Source: Octopus bimaculoides
Taxonomy: Eukaryota
NCBI RefSeq assembly: GCF_001194135.2
Contig: NC_068986.1
Location: 20,050,338-20,087,287 of the forward strand
DNA: 36,950 nt
Reading direction: 5' to 3'
The notes below the pieces were generated by a model. The model did no database searches. It was not told the DNA's origin and saw only the letters and a program-made list of their open reading frames with translations. The translations under genes were made by a program, and so were the position numbers. The first letter of the stretch is position 1; the number at the start of each line of letters is the position of its first letter. Positions 11,396-22,723 of this stretch are shown in pieces.

Positions 11396-12127
11396 TTTAT
11401 CATGGCTAAATATGGATTGGTTTCTTTCCACGAGAAAAGTAAAAGTGGGACAGAAAGAGCAAGTCAGCAGCGAGAATATGAGATAAGCATATGTTCTTGT
11501 GTTTTCATACGAAGTATTTAAACGCGTAACCTCAGTGAAAGCAACTCTATTACATCTTTAATTTCCATTATTAATTTTTCATAGAAGATGCTTTTTTTTC
11601 TTTTTTTTTTTTTTTTTTTTTTTTTTGCTTTCGTTTTGTACTTTTTTTTGAATTCTCAAGACTGTTTGTTACATCTTTATCAATGAAGACATAAAGTTAA
11701 TTTTTAATTGTTTTGAAGTGTTTACGTCTATTAATCAGTCTAAAAAAAAAATATAAAAAAAGAAACAATACTTAACGAAGTGTAGTTGTTGTATTAGTTA
11801 GTCAGAAGACTGTATGCTAAATAGTGTTGTAAGAAAGTTCTATAAAACAGATGAGAGTAATGAGATACAGGTTGTCATTAGGAGGAAAAACTAGGGTAGG
11901 AGGAAGAGAAGATTTCCAGTCAATTGCAGCTCTAGGAAGGGATGAGTAGAGGAAGTTTCTAGTGCGGTGGTGGGAATGTCGAAAGGAAGAAGGATCGGCG
12001 CTGCGAGTGGGCTTAGTGGAGATGGTATGTGGCTCTTTGGTTCAAATGAGAAGAGGTCATTGTAGTAACGTTTGAAGAAACAAAGAAGTTCCACTGATTT
12101 TATCGGACTGGTGACTGAATATTTACT

Positions 12128-12290
12128 AGGAGCAGGAGTGACTGTGTGGTAAGTAGCTTGCTTACCAACCACATGGTTCCGGGTTCATTCCCACTGCGTG
12201 GCACCTTGAGCAAGTGTCTTCTACTATAGCCTCGGGCCGGCCAAAGCCTTGTGAGTGGACTTGGTAGACAGAAACTGAAAGAAGCCCGTC

Positions 12291-12336
<46 letters not shown>

Positions 12337-12568
12337 ATATGTTTGTATGTCTGTGTTTGTCCCCTACAACATCGCTTGACAACCGATGGTGGTGTGTTTA
12401 CGTCCCCGTAACTTAGCGGTTCGGCAAAAGGGACCGATAGAATAAGTACTAGGCTTCCATAGAATAAGTCCTGGGGTCGATTTGCTCGTCAAAAGGCGGT
12501 GCTCCAGCATGGCCACAGTTAAATGACTGAAACAAGTAAAAGAGTAAAAGAGTAAAAGAATAAAGAGT
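12128..12568 (+). mobile_element. SINE-B, full length (internal TA/TG microsatellite, GAGTAAAA tail repeats)
   Basis: tRNA-like head (GTGTGGTAAG...GGGTTCATTCCC), CORE-like GCACCTTGAGCAAGTGTCTT and tail ATGACTGAAACAAGTAAAAGAGTAAAAGAG. At least 5 related copies occur in the window. Confidence 0.92.
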
Positions 12569-12844
12569 CAATGATGTTTGTGTGTATAGGAACAACGCTG
12601 CCCCCAGATTTATGAGTACTGTAATGTCGCTCGCACTTAAAATTCGTAGAGGGTTAACAACTGAGCAGAGTTTAAGCTTAATTTGATTTACCTTTGAAAG
12701 AGAACAATAAAAAACAATCCTTTGTGAAGTATGCGAGAGCGATAATCGAAAGTTACGATTCCTTGTATTTGTAGTGATTCTGAAATTTATGGTTTGATGT
12801 TAACTGTTCATGAACTGAAGGAAACAATTCCGTTCTGTTTATGA

Positions 12845-13355
12845 GTGGTTTCGGATTGAGTCCCGTTGCGCGGCACCTGGAGCTATAGGCTCCAGACAAT
12901 GGAATATAAAAGTATTCAACCCTGGAGCTAAAATGTTATCCATTAGAGAGCGCTCTCAATGGTCACAGGTTTATAACAATTCTTTTGTCTTCTGCTATGG
13001 GCGCGACTGACAGGTATGTGTGGAATCCCGTCGTATATAGATGTGTGTGTGTGTGTGTGTGTGTGTTTGTGTTTGTGTGTGTGTATCTGTCTCTGTGTTT
13101 GTCGCCACACAACTTGAAAACCGGTGCTGGTTTGTTTACGTCCTCGTAANNNNNNNNNNNNNNNNNNNNNNNNNNNNNNNNNNNNNNNNNNNNNNNNNNN
13201 NNNNNNNNNNNNNNNNNNNNNNNNNNNNNNNNNNNNNNNNNNNNNNNNNNNNNNNNNNNNNNNNNNAAGTGTTGGGGTTGATTTGTTCGACTAAGACTCT
13301 TCAAGGTGGTGTCACAGCGTAGCTGCAGTCCAATGACTGACACAACTGAAAGAAG
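12845..13355 (+). mobile_element. Old SINE-B-related copy interrupted by a duplicated local segment and an N-gap
   Basis: Head fragment at 12845-12880, centre CCCGTCGTATAT/(TG)n at 13027-13148 and tail GATTTGTTCGACTAA...AATGACTGA after the gap. Confidence 0.6.
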
Positions 13356-14017
13356 AAAAAAAAAGACACCGAATATGTTTGCCTTTTATTGAAATGATCT
13401 TCTTTGCCTCGAAGCCTCACCAGTCTCTCCGTATTCTTGTAATCATCTTTCTTTATCCCAACAAGAAACTGATGTATAGGTCACCAACTACGTGTTCCAG
13501 TTAAAAAGATTGGGTAAACATTCCTTTGAAAGTCAGCAGCCTCGTAGAAATATTAAGGGAGCGAACATTCTTTTCACTCCACCCCCTTTTTTCTTCTCTC
13601 TCCCTCACATGCCCTTGAGAAACAGGTTTTAATACTCTGGCGGGTAATATATATTTAAAGAAGAGCTTGTTTGGCAGCTGTCAACGCAACTGAAAATCCA
13701 GCGAGCAAACTTATCCCTTTACATCGCAACATACAAAGAATGAGTGTTTTGCCCATAAAATTAATGAGATTGCACTCACTTCAAAATCCATGGTATCACA
13801 AATATAAATAATTTAATATTAAATCTGTCTTCAATAATGAAATTAAAGAGAAAAGATGTTTCTTCAAATGTGTAATTAATTTAATCGAGGGAAGAACCTC
13901 AACACGATTAACTTGTTGTCAACAGACAATGGAATATTAAAGTATTCAACCCTGGAGCTAAAATGTAATTCATTAAATAGCGCTCTCAGTGTTGTCAGGT
14001 TCATAACAATTCTTTTG
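12893..14017 (+). repeat. 95-bp direct repeat (12893-12987 and 13923-14017)
   Basis: Ungapped manual alignment shows about 10 mismatches over 95 bp. Confidence 0.88.
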
Positions 14018-14304
14018 GTGAGATGCCAAAATAATTGACTTCTTTTTCTGGTATGGCTTCAACGGATGCTTTAATCTGAAACGGAGTTAATTTCTATCGA
14101 TATAATTCCGATGCATAACCATGAAATTATTAAATTACATTGTGAATTATAACAAACTTCGAATTCAACAATGTTAAATCTTTTATGAAATAGTCGATTA
14201 TCGTCTGTTTTATTGAATGAGATCGTGTAAGGAAAGTGCTGTAGAGTAAAATACAGCACACATTTTACTTCTTTACTCCTACGAAGAGGACAATATCATT
14301 TGTT

Positions 14305-15015
14305 CTGGAATAGTGGTTAGGCTGTAGAGGCACAATGGCCCAGTGGTTAGGGCAGGGGACTCGCGGTCATAGGATCGCGGTTTCGATTCCCAGACTGGGC
14401 GTTGTGAGTGTTTATTGAGCGAAAACACTTAAATCTCCTCGAAGCTCCGGCAGGGGATGGTGGCGAACCCTGCTGTACTCTTCCACTACAACTTTCTCTC
14501 ACTCTTACTTCCTGTTTCTGTTGTGCCTGTAATTCAAAGGGTTAGCCTTGTCACGCTGTGTCACGCTGAATATCCCCGAGAACTACGTTAAGGGTACACG
14601 TGTCTGTGGAGTGCTCAGCCACTTGCACGCTAATTTCATGAGCAGGCTGTTCCGTTGATCGGATCAACTGGAACCCTCGACGTCATAAGCGACGGAGTGC
14701 CAACAACAACAAGTGGTTAGGCTTTTCGGCTGAGATCGTAAGGTCGTGTGTTCGATACTCGGCGGCACGTTATGTTCTTTAACAAGACACTTTATTTCAC
14801 GTTGCTCCAATCTACTCTGCTGGCAAAATGAGCAGTACCCATATTTCAAAGGGTTAGCCTTGTCAAATTCTGTGTCATGCTAAATATCCCTGGAACTACG
14901 TTAAGGGTATGTGTGTCTTTGGAGTGCTTGGCCACTGGCACGTTAATTTCACGAGCAGGCCGTTCCGTTGATCAGTTCAACTGGAACACTCGTCGTCGCG
15001 ACCGACGGAGTGTCA
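14305..15015 (+). mobile_element. Older CORE-type SINE (family E) split by a SINE-A insertion
   Basis: A-box remnant TAGTGGTTAGGCT before the insertion, then B-box-like GTTCGATACTC, CORE-like AACAAGACACTTTATTTCACGTTGCTCC and a 3' tail shared with SINE-A (about 14845-15013). Confidence 0.75.
14324..14711 (+). mobile_element. SINE-A, full length, with 12-bp TSD
   Basis: TSD AGTGGTTAGGCT at 14312-14323 and 14712-14723, A-box TGGCCCAGTGG, B-box-like GTTTCGATTCC and (CAA)n tail. Confidence 0.93.
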
Positions 15016-15336
15016 GTTGTTTTCAGTATATTTTGTTTAGTTTCTTGGTGTGAGTGAAAGTGTTCGTTGTATGTGTATGTGAGTGTAGGTATTTTGTATG
15101 TATGCCTGAGTGTATGTCAGTTTTTATATCTACATATATTTGACTGCATTGAAGTAGTTCCTGTGATGTGTGCGAATGTTTGTAGACGATTATTGGGATG
15201 AGGGCACATGCGCGTTCTGGCGACAACATTATTATTTTGGTAAAAGGGAATATATGTCGTTCTCAGAAGACACTAAATCTGGATTTTATACCACCAACAC
15301 CATCACATCATTCGAATTTTCAATCATTAACATATT

Positions 15337-15716
15337 GTGTTGTTGTTTGCACTCCGTCGCTTACGACGACGAGGGTTCCAGTTGATCCGATCAACGGAAC
15401 ACCCTGCTCGTGAAATTAACGTGCAAGTGGCTGAGCACTCCACAGACACGTGTACCCTTAACGTAGTTCTCGGGATATTCAGCGTGACAAGGCTGGCCCT
15501 TTGAAATACAGGTACAACAGAAACAGGAAGTAAGAGTGAGAGAAAGTTGTGGTGAAAAAGTACAGCAGGGTTCGCCACCATCCCCTGCCGGAGCCTCGTG
15601 GAGATTTTAGGTGTTTTCGCTCAATAAACACTCACGACGCCCGGTCTGGGAATCGAAACCGCGATCCTATGACCGCTAGTCCGCTGCCCTAACCACTGGG
15701 CCATTGCGCCCCCACA
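15337..15716 (-). mobile_element. SINE-A, full length, with 9-bp TSD
   Basis: TSD TAACATATT at 15328-15336 and 15717-15725. Confidence 0.92.
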
Positions 15717-15774
15717 TAACATATTTTATATGTTAAAGAAATAGTAACGTTTCGTGTCTTACAACTCTTAAGAA

Positions 15775-15985
15775 TGGTCACACGGTTTTCATGTTGTAAA
15801 AGTAACCGAGATCACAACATTCCACCTGAACGGGATACCAGTTTGAAGCAGGGTTATACATTTACTACTGTGTGGACTGAGACAACCTGAAATAAGTGTT
15901 TAAGAACACTAAGCACCGCCTCAGAATCGAAACTGCGATCATGCGATCGGAAGTGCAATACTCCTAACGTCTAGGTTTCGTACTC
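15775..15985 (-). mobile_element. Degenerate CORE-type SINE (family E)
   Basis: Similar to the reverse complement of 20235-20470 (ACCGAGATCACAACATTCC...GAATCGAAAC). Confidence 0.55.
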
Positions 15986-16431
15986 TCACATTCTATATAA
16001 GATATTTTATATTCTTTCGGCTTTTTATATTCATTCATGAAATGATGCAAAGCGCATTGTGACTAGCGATGTATAACAACCTCTGACAGTCTGCTCGATC
16101 AGCTGATCATGTGATATTCACAAATATTTTATATTCTCCGCTTGTACGGTGTGTGTCTTCTTGTCAAATTATTCATAGTTAAATTATGTGTGTCGGAAGT
16201 ATATTCAATATAAACGCTGCGCTACTGATCATAAAATTATCATAAAAATTCCATTATTGAATTTCAAAATTTACATGTCCGGGTGACTGTATAACATTTA
16301 ACTTCCCAGTAGTGCAATGTATTATTTCGTAACAAATAATTTCTATACACCCCCCCACACACACACAAGTATTTACACATATATATATATATATATATAT
16401 ATAAATATGTATGTATATTCTTTTATTCTAT

Positions 16432-16574
16432 GATTCTTTTACTCGTTTCAGTCATTTTGACTGTGGTCATGCTGGAGCATTGCCTTTTAGTCGAAGAAAT
16501 CGTCCCCTGCACTTATTCTTTGTAAGCCCCGTACTTATTCTATCAGGCTCTTTTGCCGGACCTCTAAGGTACGG
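16432..16574 (-). mobile_element. SINE-B 3' fragment (left arm of an inverted chimera)
   Basis: Reverse complement of the last 145 bp or so of SINE-B. Confidence 0.88.
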
Positions 16575-16863
16575 ATTTGGTAGACGGAAACTGAAAGAAG
16601 CCTGTCGTATATATGTATATGTATGTGTATGTGTGTGTGTATATGTTTGTGTGTCTGTGTTTGCCCCCCCCCCTCCAACATCGCTTGACAACCGATGCTG
16701 GTGTCTTTGCGTCCCCGTAACTTAGCGGTTCGGCATAAGAATCCGATAGAATAAGTACTAGGCTTCCAAAGAATAAGTCCTGGGGTCGATTTGCTCGACT
16801 AAAGGTGGTGCTCCAGCATGGCTACAGTCAAATCACTGAAACAAGTAAAAGAGTAAAAGAGTA
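16574..16863 (+). mobile_element. 5'-truncated SINE-B
   Basis: Starts at GATTTGGTAGACGG and runs to the GAGTAAAAGAGTA tail. Confidence 0.9.
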
Positions 16864-17039
16864 TATATACAGTCTTGGTCAAAAGTCCCTCGACAGTAAA
16901 TCAAACCATTTAACTCAAGATTTATCTAGGTTTAACAACTGAGTGAATTTAATAAAAGCAACTAAATATGAAACATCATGAAAAGTGTACAAACTGAAGT
17001 CCTTCTTGAGCGACACATGTTCCCATTCTAGGCAATACA

Positions 17040-18300
17040 GTATTACAGATAGTATTTATGGAATTTTGACTAACATCTACCATCTTCAGAAAGCAACGAC
17101 ACACAGAACAATGTCATCCTAGATAAATTTATCACAATTAGTGCAACATATTTGATTGTAAGTTTGTTCGAACAGAATAACAACAATGCTTTTTCCAAAG
17201 TTCTCAAGACCAAAAGTAACCCATACGTTTGTAGGTCCGCGGTAGATTTAGCTCTTACGGAAACAATACTGATGACCTCTGAGATACTCAAGGTGATAAA
17301 TGAGGTGATCGTTTACAGCAGCCTCCAATAGTTTTAAGGTATTGGCAGTGAGGGTGATCAAGTCGGTAGTTAGCTAGATCAGACAGGAAATTAGATGTAA
17401 TAAATGCATTAAAATACGTTAGCAGGATATAAATACTTATCTTTAGTATATAGAAAGTATATTTATTTTCTGTGAAGTATTTCGACCGTTACTCTTTAGT
17501 TATTTCGTTTGTTTTAGCTAAAACGATCAAGACCATCCTGAAGCTCTATCATTTACATAAGATAAATCTCCAGGAAGAAATGTAGAATCTGTAGAACTAA
17601 TTTTTATAGTAGTTTTTTTTTCTTTTCTAAAAGATAAAGAAAGGTAACATCTGTTTTCAGATCACAACTTTTTGTATTATTGGGTCTCAGAGTGGGGACA
17701 TTAGAGAAGTCTTTTCTGTGTTTTCTCATGATAAGAACGAAGTTTCAAGTATTTAGACCAGAGAGAAATTGAAATTGCGATAGCTATATCTTTCACCAGA
17801 GCAATTAGCGTAAAAAATGAAACAGCTACAATCTGAAATGGAAACTTTACGAAAATCCAGTTTCCCGGTGTTGGGGGTTACATTCTTCAAAACACGGCGC
17901 TCACACATTTTCACCAGCCTTGCTTACTTGCTTTTGTTTGTTTGAAATCTTCTATACTGTCATCAAATTCAGCAGCTTTTCGTGTAAGATTATTTTTAGC
18001 TTTTCGTAGTCTCACCTTCACCCCATTACTTCAAACAGATAGATACCTCGTTTAACTGCTCCAGCTCACGACTGTTAACAGCACAACCAACCTGAGTAAT
18101 TTACAGAACACTGTAACGTTTAGTAAAATTCCTCAAATGCCACAGGCTATAATTTTCACGGATTTCAGCACTGGATGACTCAAATATTTGTATTGCAAGG
18201 GTTAGAGATGGGAAATTCTCCTTAGCAGAAATGTAAAGGGGCTAATTTTTCATAGAGACCAGCTGTAGATAGACAGCTGCTCTGATGGGATTTGATATAA
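17040..18300 (-). pseudogene. Decayed CR1/L2/Jockey-group LINE ORF2 fragment
   Basis: The best part (17130-17371) translates, with a frameshift, to NYR/LITLTANTLKLLEAAVNDHLIYHLE..HQYCFRKS*/STADL../GLENFGKSIVV, matching the RT N-terminal NYRPISLT..HQYGFR..ST motifs. The outer boundaries are uncertain. Confidence 0.65.
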
Positions 18301-18399
18301 AGAAGTTTTAATGCTGGACTTATCCCATTTCATCAATAATGACGTTGTATCTATCTTTCTGGTTTCTCTTTCTCCTTCATTCTCTCTTTATTTTTCACC

Positions 18400-18535
<136 letters not shown>

Positions 18536-18549
18536 TCTGTATATATATA

Positions 18550-18797
18550 TTCTTTTATTCGTTTACTCATTTACTTGTTTCAGTCATTTGACTGTAGCCA
18601 TGCTGGAGCACCGCCTTTTGTCGAGCAAATCGACCCCATGATTTATTCTTTGTAAGCCTAGTAGTTATTCTATCGTTCTCTTTTGCCGAAACGCTACGTT
18701 ACGGGGACGTAAACACACCAGCATCGGTTGTCAAGCGATGTTGGGGAGACAAACACAAACACACACACATACACACAAACATACACACACACACACA

Positions 18798-18848
<51 letters not shown>

Positions 18849-18995
18849 GGCTTCCTTCAATTTCCGTCTACCAAATCCACTCGCAAGGCTTTGGTCGGCC
18901 GAAGACTATAGTAGAAGACACTTGCCCAAGGTGCCACGCAGTGGGACTGAACCCGGGACCATGTGGTTGGGAAGCAAGCTACTTACTACACAGCT
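18550..18995 (-). mobile_element. SINE-B, near full length
   Basis: Reverse complement of 12128-12568, with an expanded internal (CA)n. Confidence 0.92.
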
Positions 18996-19335
18996 ATATG
19001 TGTGTGTGTGTGTATCTGTCTGTGTCTCAATCTATCTATCAATCTACCTACCTACCTACCTACCTGCCTGCCTACCTATCTAGATATCGTCTGATTCATT
19101 GCTCAGTCTATTTCCCTCCTAATGTTTCAATCTTATCATTCAGTTTCATTTTGTCGTCTTATTTTGTTTTTCAACTTTCTCTCTTACCCACACCATCTCC
19201 TTGAGTTTCTTTTTCCCCTCTGTGCGTATATATATATATATACATACAGAGAGAGAGACACACACACCCACACATATTTGCGTGCATTTATACATGTGTG
19301 TATATGTATATGCACTCCTATGTATATGCGTGTGT

Positions 19336-19374
<39 letters not shown>

Positions 19375-19913
19375 NNNNNNNNNNNNNNNNNNNNNNNNNN
19401 NNNNNNNNNNNNNNNNNNNNNNNNNNNNNNNNNNNNNNNNNNNNNNNNNNNNNNNNNNNNNNNNNNNNNNNNNNNNNNNNNNNNNNNNNNNNNNNNNNNN
19501 NNNNNNNNNNNNNNNNNNNNNNNNNNNNNNNNNNNNNNNNNNNNNNNNNNNNNNNNNNNNNNNNNNNNNNNNNNNNNNNNNNNNNNNNNNNNNNNNNNNN
19601 NNNNNNNNNNNNNNNNNNNNNNNNNNNNNNNNNNNNNNNNNNNNNNNNNNNNNNNNNNNNNNNNNNNNNNNNNNNNNNNNNNNNNNNNNNNNNNNNNNNN
19701 NNNNNNNNNNNNNNNNNNNNNNNNNNNNNNNNNNNNNNNNNNNNNNNNNNNNNNNNNNNNNNNNNNNNNNNNNNNNNNNNNNNNNNNNNNNNNNNNNNNN
19801 NNNNNNNNNNNNNNNNNNNNNNNNNNNNNNNNNNNNNNNNNNNNNNNNNNNNNNNNNNNNNNNNNNNNNNNNNNNNNNNNNNNNNNNNNNNNNNNNNNNN
19901 NNNNNNNNNNNNN

Positions 19914-19980
<67 letters not shown>

Positions 19981-20234
19981 GTGGGAAGGTTATCTCCCTT
20001 TACTGAAGAGATCTCTGGTGTATTCCAAGCTGTTAATATTTGTTATTTTGTTATTGATGTTGTTTATCCACAGGTTAAGCCTGATAGAGTTGATCCACGA
20101 CCAAAGATATTGTAGCTAGTCATAATGCCCCCGTTCTTTAGTGAGATGTATTGGATTACAGTAGCCATTGTGTCTTTTCTTTATTTCAAGACAGCGGTGT
20201 GTAATTTGATGGCTATTTAGCTGCTGTGTATGTG

Positions 20235-20470
20235 TGAAGGCACGTGGCAACAACGTGCTTTCAATTCCTGGTTCAGGCAGTGTGTTGTGTTCTTAAGCAA
20301 GACACTTCATTTCATGTTGCTCCAGTCCATTCAGCTGTAAATGAGCAATCCTGCAACGGACTGGCATCCCGTTCAAGGGGAATGTTGTGATCTTGGTCAC
20401 TCATATTCCATGGAAACCGAGTAACCGGCCATATTGGTCCTAGGACTCGAGTCACTTCTTATTTACTTAC
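20235..20470 (+). mobile_element. CORE-type SINE (family E), head partly deleted
   Basis: TGTGTTCTTAAGCAAGACACTTCATTTCATGTTGCTCCAGTCCATTCAGCTGTAAATG block. The tail is shared with 33030-33360. Confidence 0.7.
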
Positions 20471-21056
20471 TGTCATTTGTAATAGGTCGAGCGGTTACGT
20501 AAAGGCTTCCTCCTTGGAAACAAATTACGATAAATCGCATTTTCTTCTCGAATATATAATTATAAGACCAAGTCTTCCATTGTGTCCATGCGGCCCAACG
20601 CAACACCGACTTAAAGAAAGAAAAAAAAGACTTTCACTTTGAAGAGACTACGAAGGTACGCAGATGATTTGAATATATTTTTGCCGGTAGCGTAGCGATG
20701 GGTTACGACTTACAGGATTATGAAATTCAGCAAACGCTCAAGCAGAAACTGAAAAAAAAAAAAAATTAAAAATTAAGGGCGAGTTACAAATAGAAGAAAC
20801 ACATTAAATTTCCTTTTCTAGATATAATCATTACTGACAACATCATATTTACTGTCACCATCTTGATTTTATTATTTAACTACTTTGACGGTTTCCAAGT
20901 AAATGTTGATACTTTCTTTAGATACAAATTTCTGTCACCAAATTAGTTGTTAGAAGCATCTGTTTCAGTTTTGAACTTGTTTTGCAAGAATTTTTTTATC
21001 GGAAATCATGTGTTGAAAGCAATATTGTTATGTTTGGGAAGCGTCATAACTAAAGG

Positions 21057-21268
21057 TTTCGAATTTTGGCACAAGGCCAGCAATTTCGGTGGGAGGGAAC
21101 TAGCCGATTACAACGACCCAATGTTCCACTGGTATTTATTTCCTCGATCCCGAAAGGGATGAAAAGCAAAGTCACCCCTCGGTAAATTTGAACTCAGAAC
21201 GTATAGACAGACAAATGCTGCTGAGCATTTTGCCCAGCGTGGTAACGATTCTGCCAGCTCGCTGCCTT
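21057..21268 (-). mobile_element. SINE-C
   Basis: Full head-to-tail match to the reverse complement of 22127-22371. Confidence 0.87.
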
Positions 21269-21749
21269 ATGGGAATTAATTAATTATGGGATTTTATTAA
21301 TTATGACTCTGCTTATAGGCTTCATTAATTATGGGAAGAGCCATAATCAATAAAGTCACTTAATGTTGGTCGTCTACATTTCACTTTTCCCCTCTTTTTT
21401 CAATATATTTGATGTTTGTTTATATCATCCAAAAATAGGTTTCCTAAAGCAATCTGTAGCTTTCTCGATGGTTAAACATTTTTTCCATTAAAAGGTAAAA
21501 TATAGACACATCGAGAAGACTACAGATTGGTGTAGCGAAAATTGTTTGGAGATACATAAACAAGTGTCAAATGCATGAAAAAAGAAAGAGGAATGAAATA
21601 TAGACCAGCAACAACCGATGAGTATATTTACTTATTTATTCATTTGTAATTTTTCTTCTGCTCTAGGACTCATAAGACCCCGTTTCATGGCGAATAAGTG
21701 ACAGAGACCTCATTTCCCAGAATAAAACGCTGCTCCATTGCAGGGCTCA

Positions 21750-21950
21750 AGGCAGAAATTCTTGAGGGAGAGTACAAGACGATTAAATCGTCCCCCTGCA
21801 CGTGACTGATACTTTGGGTCATCGACCCTCAATGGATGAAAGGTAAATTTGACTTCACAGGGATTGTTTAACTGAGAACATAAAGAGCCAGAAGAAAGGA
21901 CAGTAAGCATTTTGTCCGACAAGTTAACGGTTCTGCCGGTACGCCGTCTT
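21750..21950 (-). mobile_element. Degenerate SINE-C
   Basis: ATCGACCC...GGATGAAAGG...AAGCATTTTGTCCG...TTCTGCC..CGCCGTCTT. Confidence 0.6.
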
Positions 21951-22126
21951 AAGATTCTTCCCAAATATAACAATATGCTATTTCAATTAGACATTGCTTG
22001 ATACAAAAATAATAGTAGTGATTTTTTTTCTTTAGAAAGGTATAAATTTTATCACGTGTGCGTACGAATAGTCAATTGAATTGACCCAGTGGATGACTGG
22101 TAACATTCTTATAATCAAGACATATA

Positions 22127-22371
22127 AAGGCGACGAGCTGGCAGAATCATTAACACGCCGGGCAAAATGCTTCGCGGCATTTCGTCCGTCTTCATGTTCT
22201 GAGCTCAAATTCCGTCGAGGTTGACTTTGCCTTTAATCCTTTAGGGATCGATAAAATAAGTACAAGTTAAACACTGGGGGCGATAAAATAAGTACCAGCT
22301 AAACGTTGGGGGTCGATGTAATCGACTTACCATCACCCCCGAAATTGCTGGCCTTGTGCCTAAATTTGTAA
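22127..22371 (+). mobile_element. SINE-C with an internal tandem duplication of about 31 bp
   Basis: Head AAGGCGACGAGCTGGCAGAATC and B-box-like GAGCTCAAATTCC. CGATAAAATAAGTAC..GTTAAAC..TGGGG occurs twice. Confidence 0.9.
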
Positions 22372-22723
22372 TTTATAATCAATAATTAAGACAAAATCAA
22401 AAAATATTTCACTGGCAGAGGACACTTTTACAAAGAATGTTGTAAATCCACAATCCAAAGAAGTGCCATGCAATTAGAGATTGCTGGTCACGTGATGTGG
22501 ATTCGTTTCACTCTTCTTTCGTTGTTTCAAACTAGTCAAAAATTGAGACCAAGTGAGTTTTTGTCTCTCAAATACGACGCTTGAAGCAATTACAATTGGA
22601 ATGTTTTTAATTCTTAAATGTTGTTTTTATTTTTCTATCTTTTAACACATTACCGAATCTTACCTTACAAATGAGAAAAATTCAAAAAGAACAATACGAA
22701 AAAAGAAAACCTTAACATCTCTC

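Noticed and set aside
11891-12125. Minus-strand ORF segment (FFKRYYNDLFSFEP...) resembling a LINE linker region
   Set aside because: The similarity is too vague and the start lies in the adjacent SINE, so it was not called.
14326-14400. tRNA-like sequences at SINE heads (also about 3290-3363, 12130-12195, 26575-26635)
   Set aside because: They have A/B boxes but no complete cloverleaf and continue into repeated SINE bodies, so they are not tRNA genes.
16868-16990. TA-CAGTCTTGGTCAAAAGT resembling a Tc1 left terminus
   Set aside because: I found no matching right TIR or transposase, and the downstream sequence is better explained as an antisense LINE fragment.
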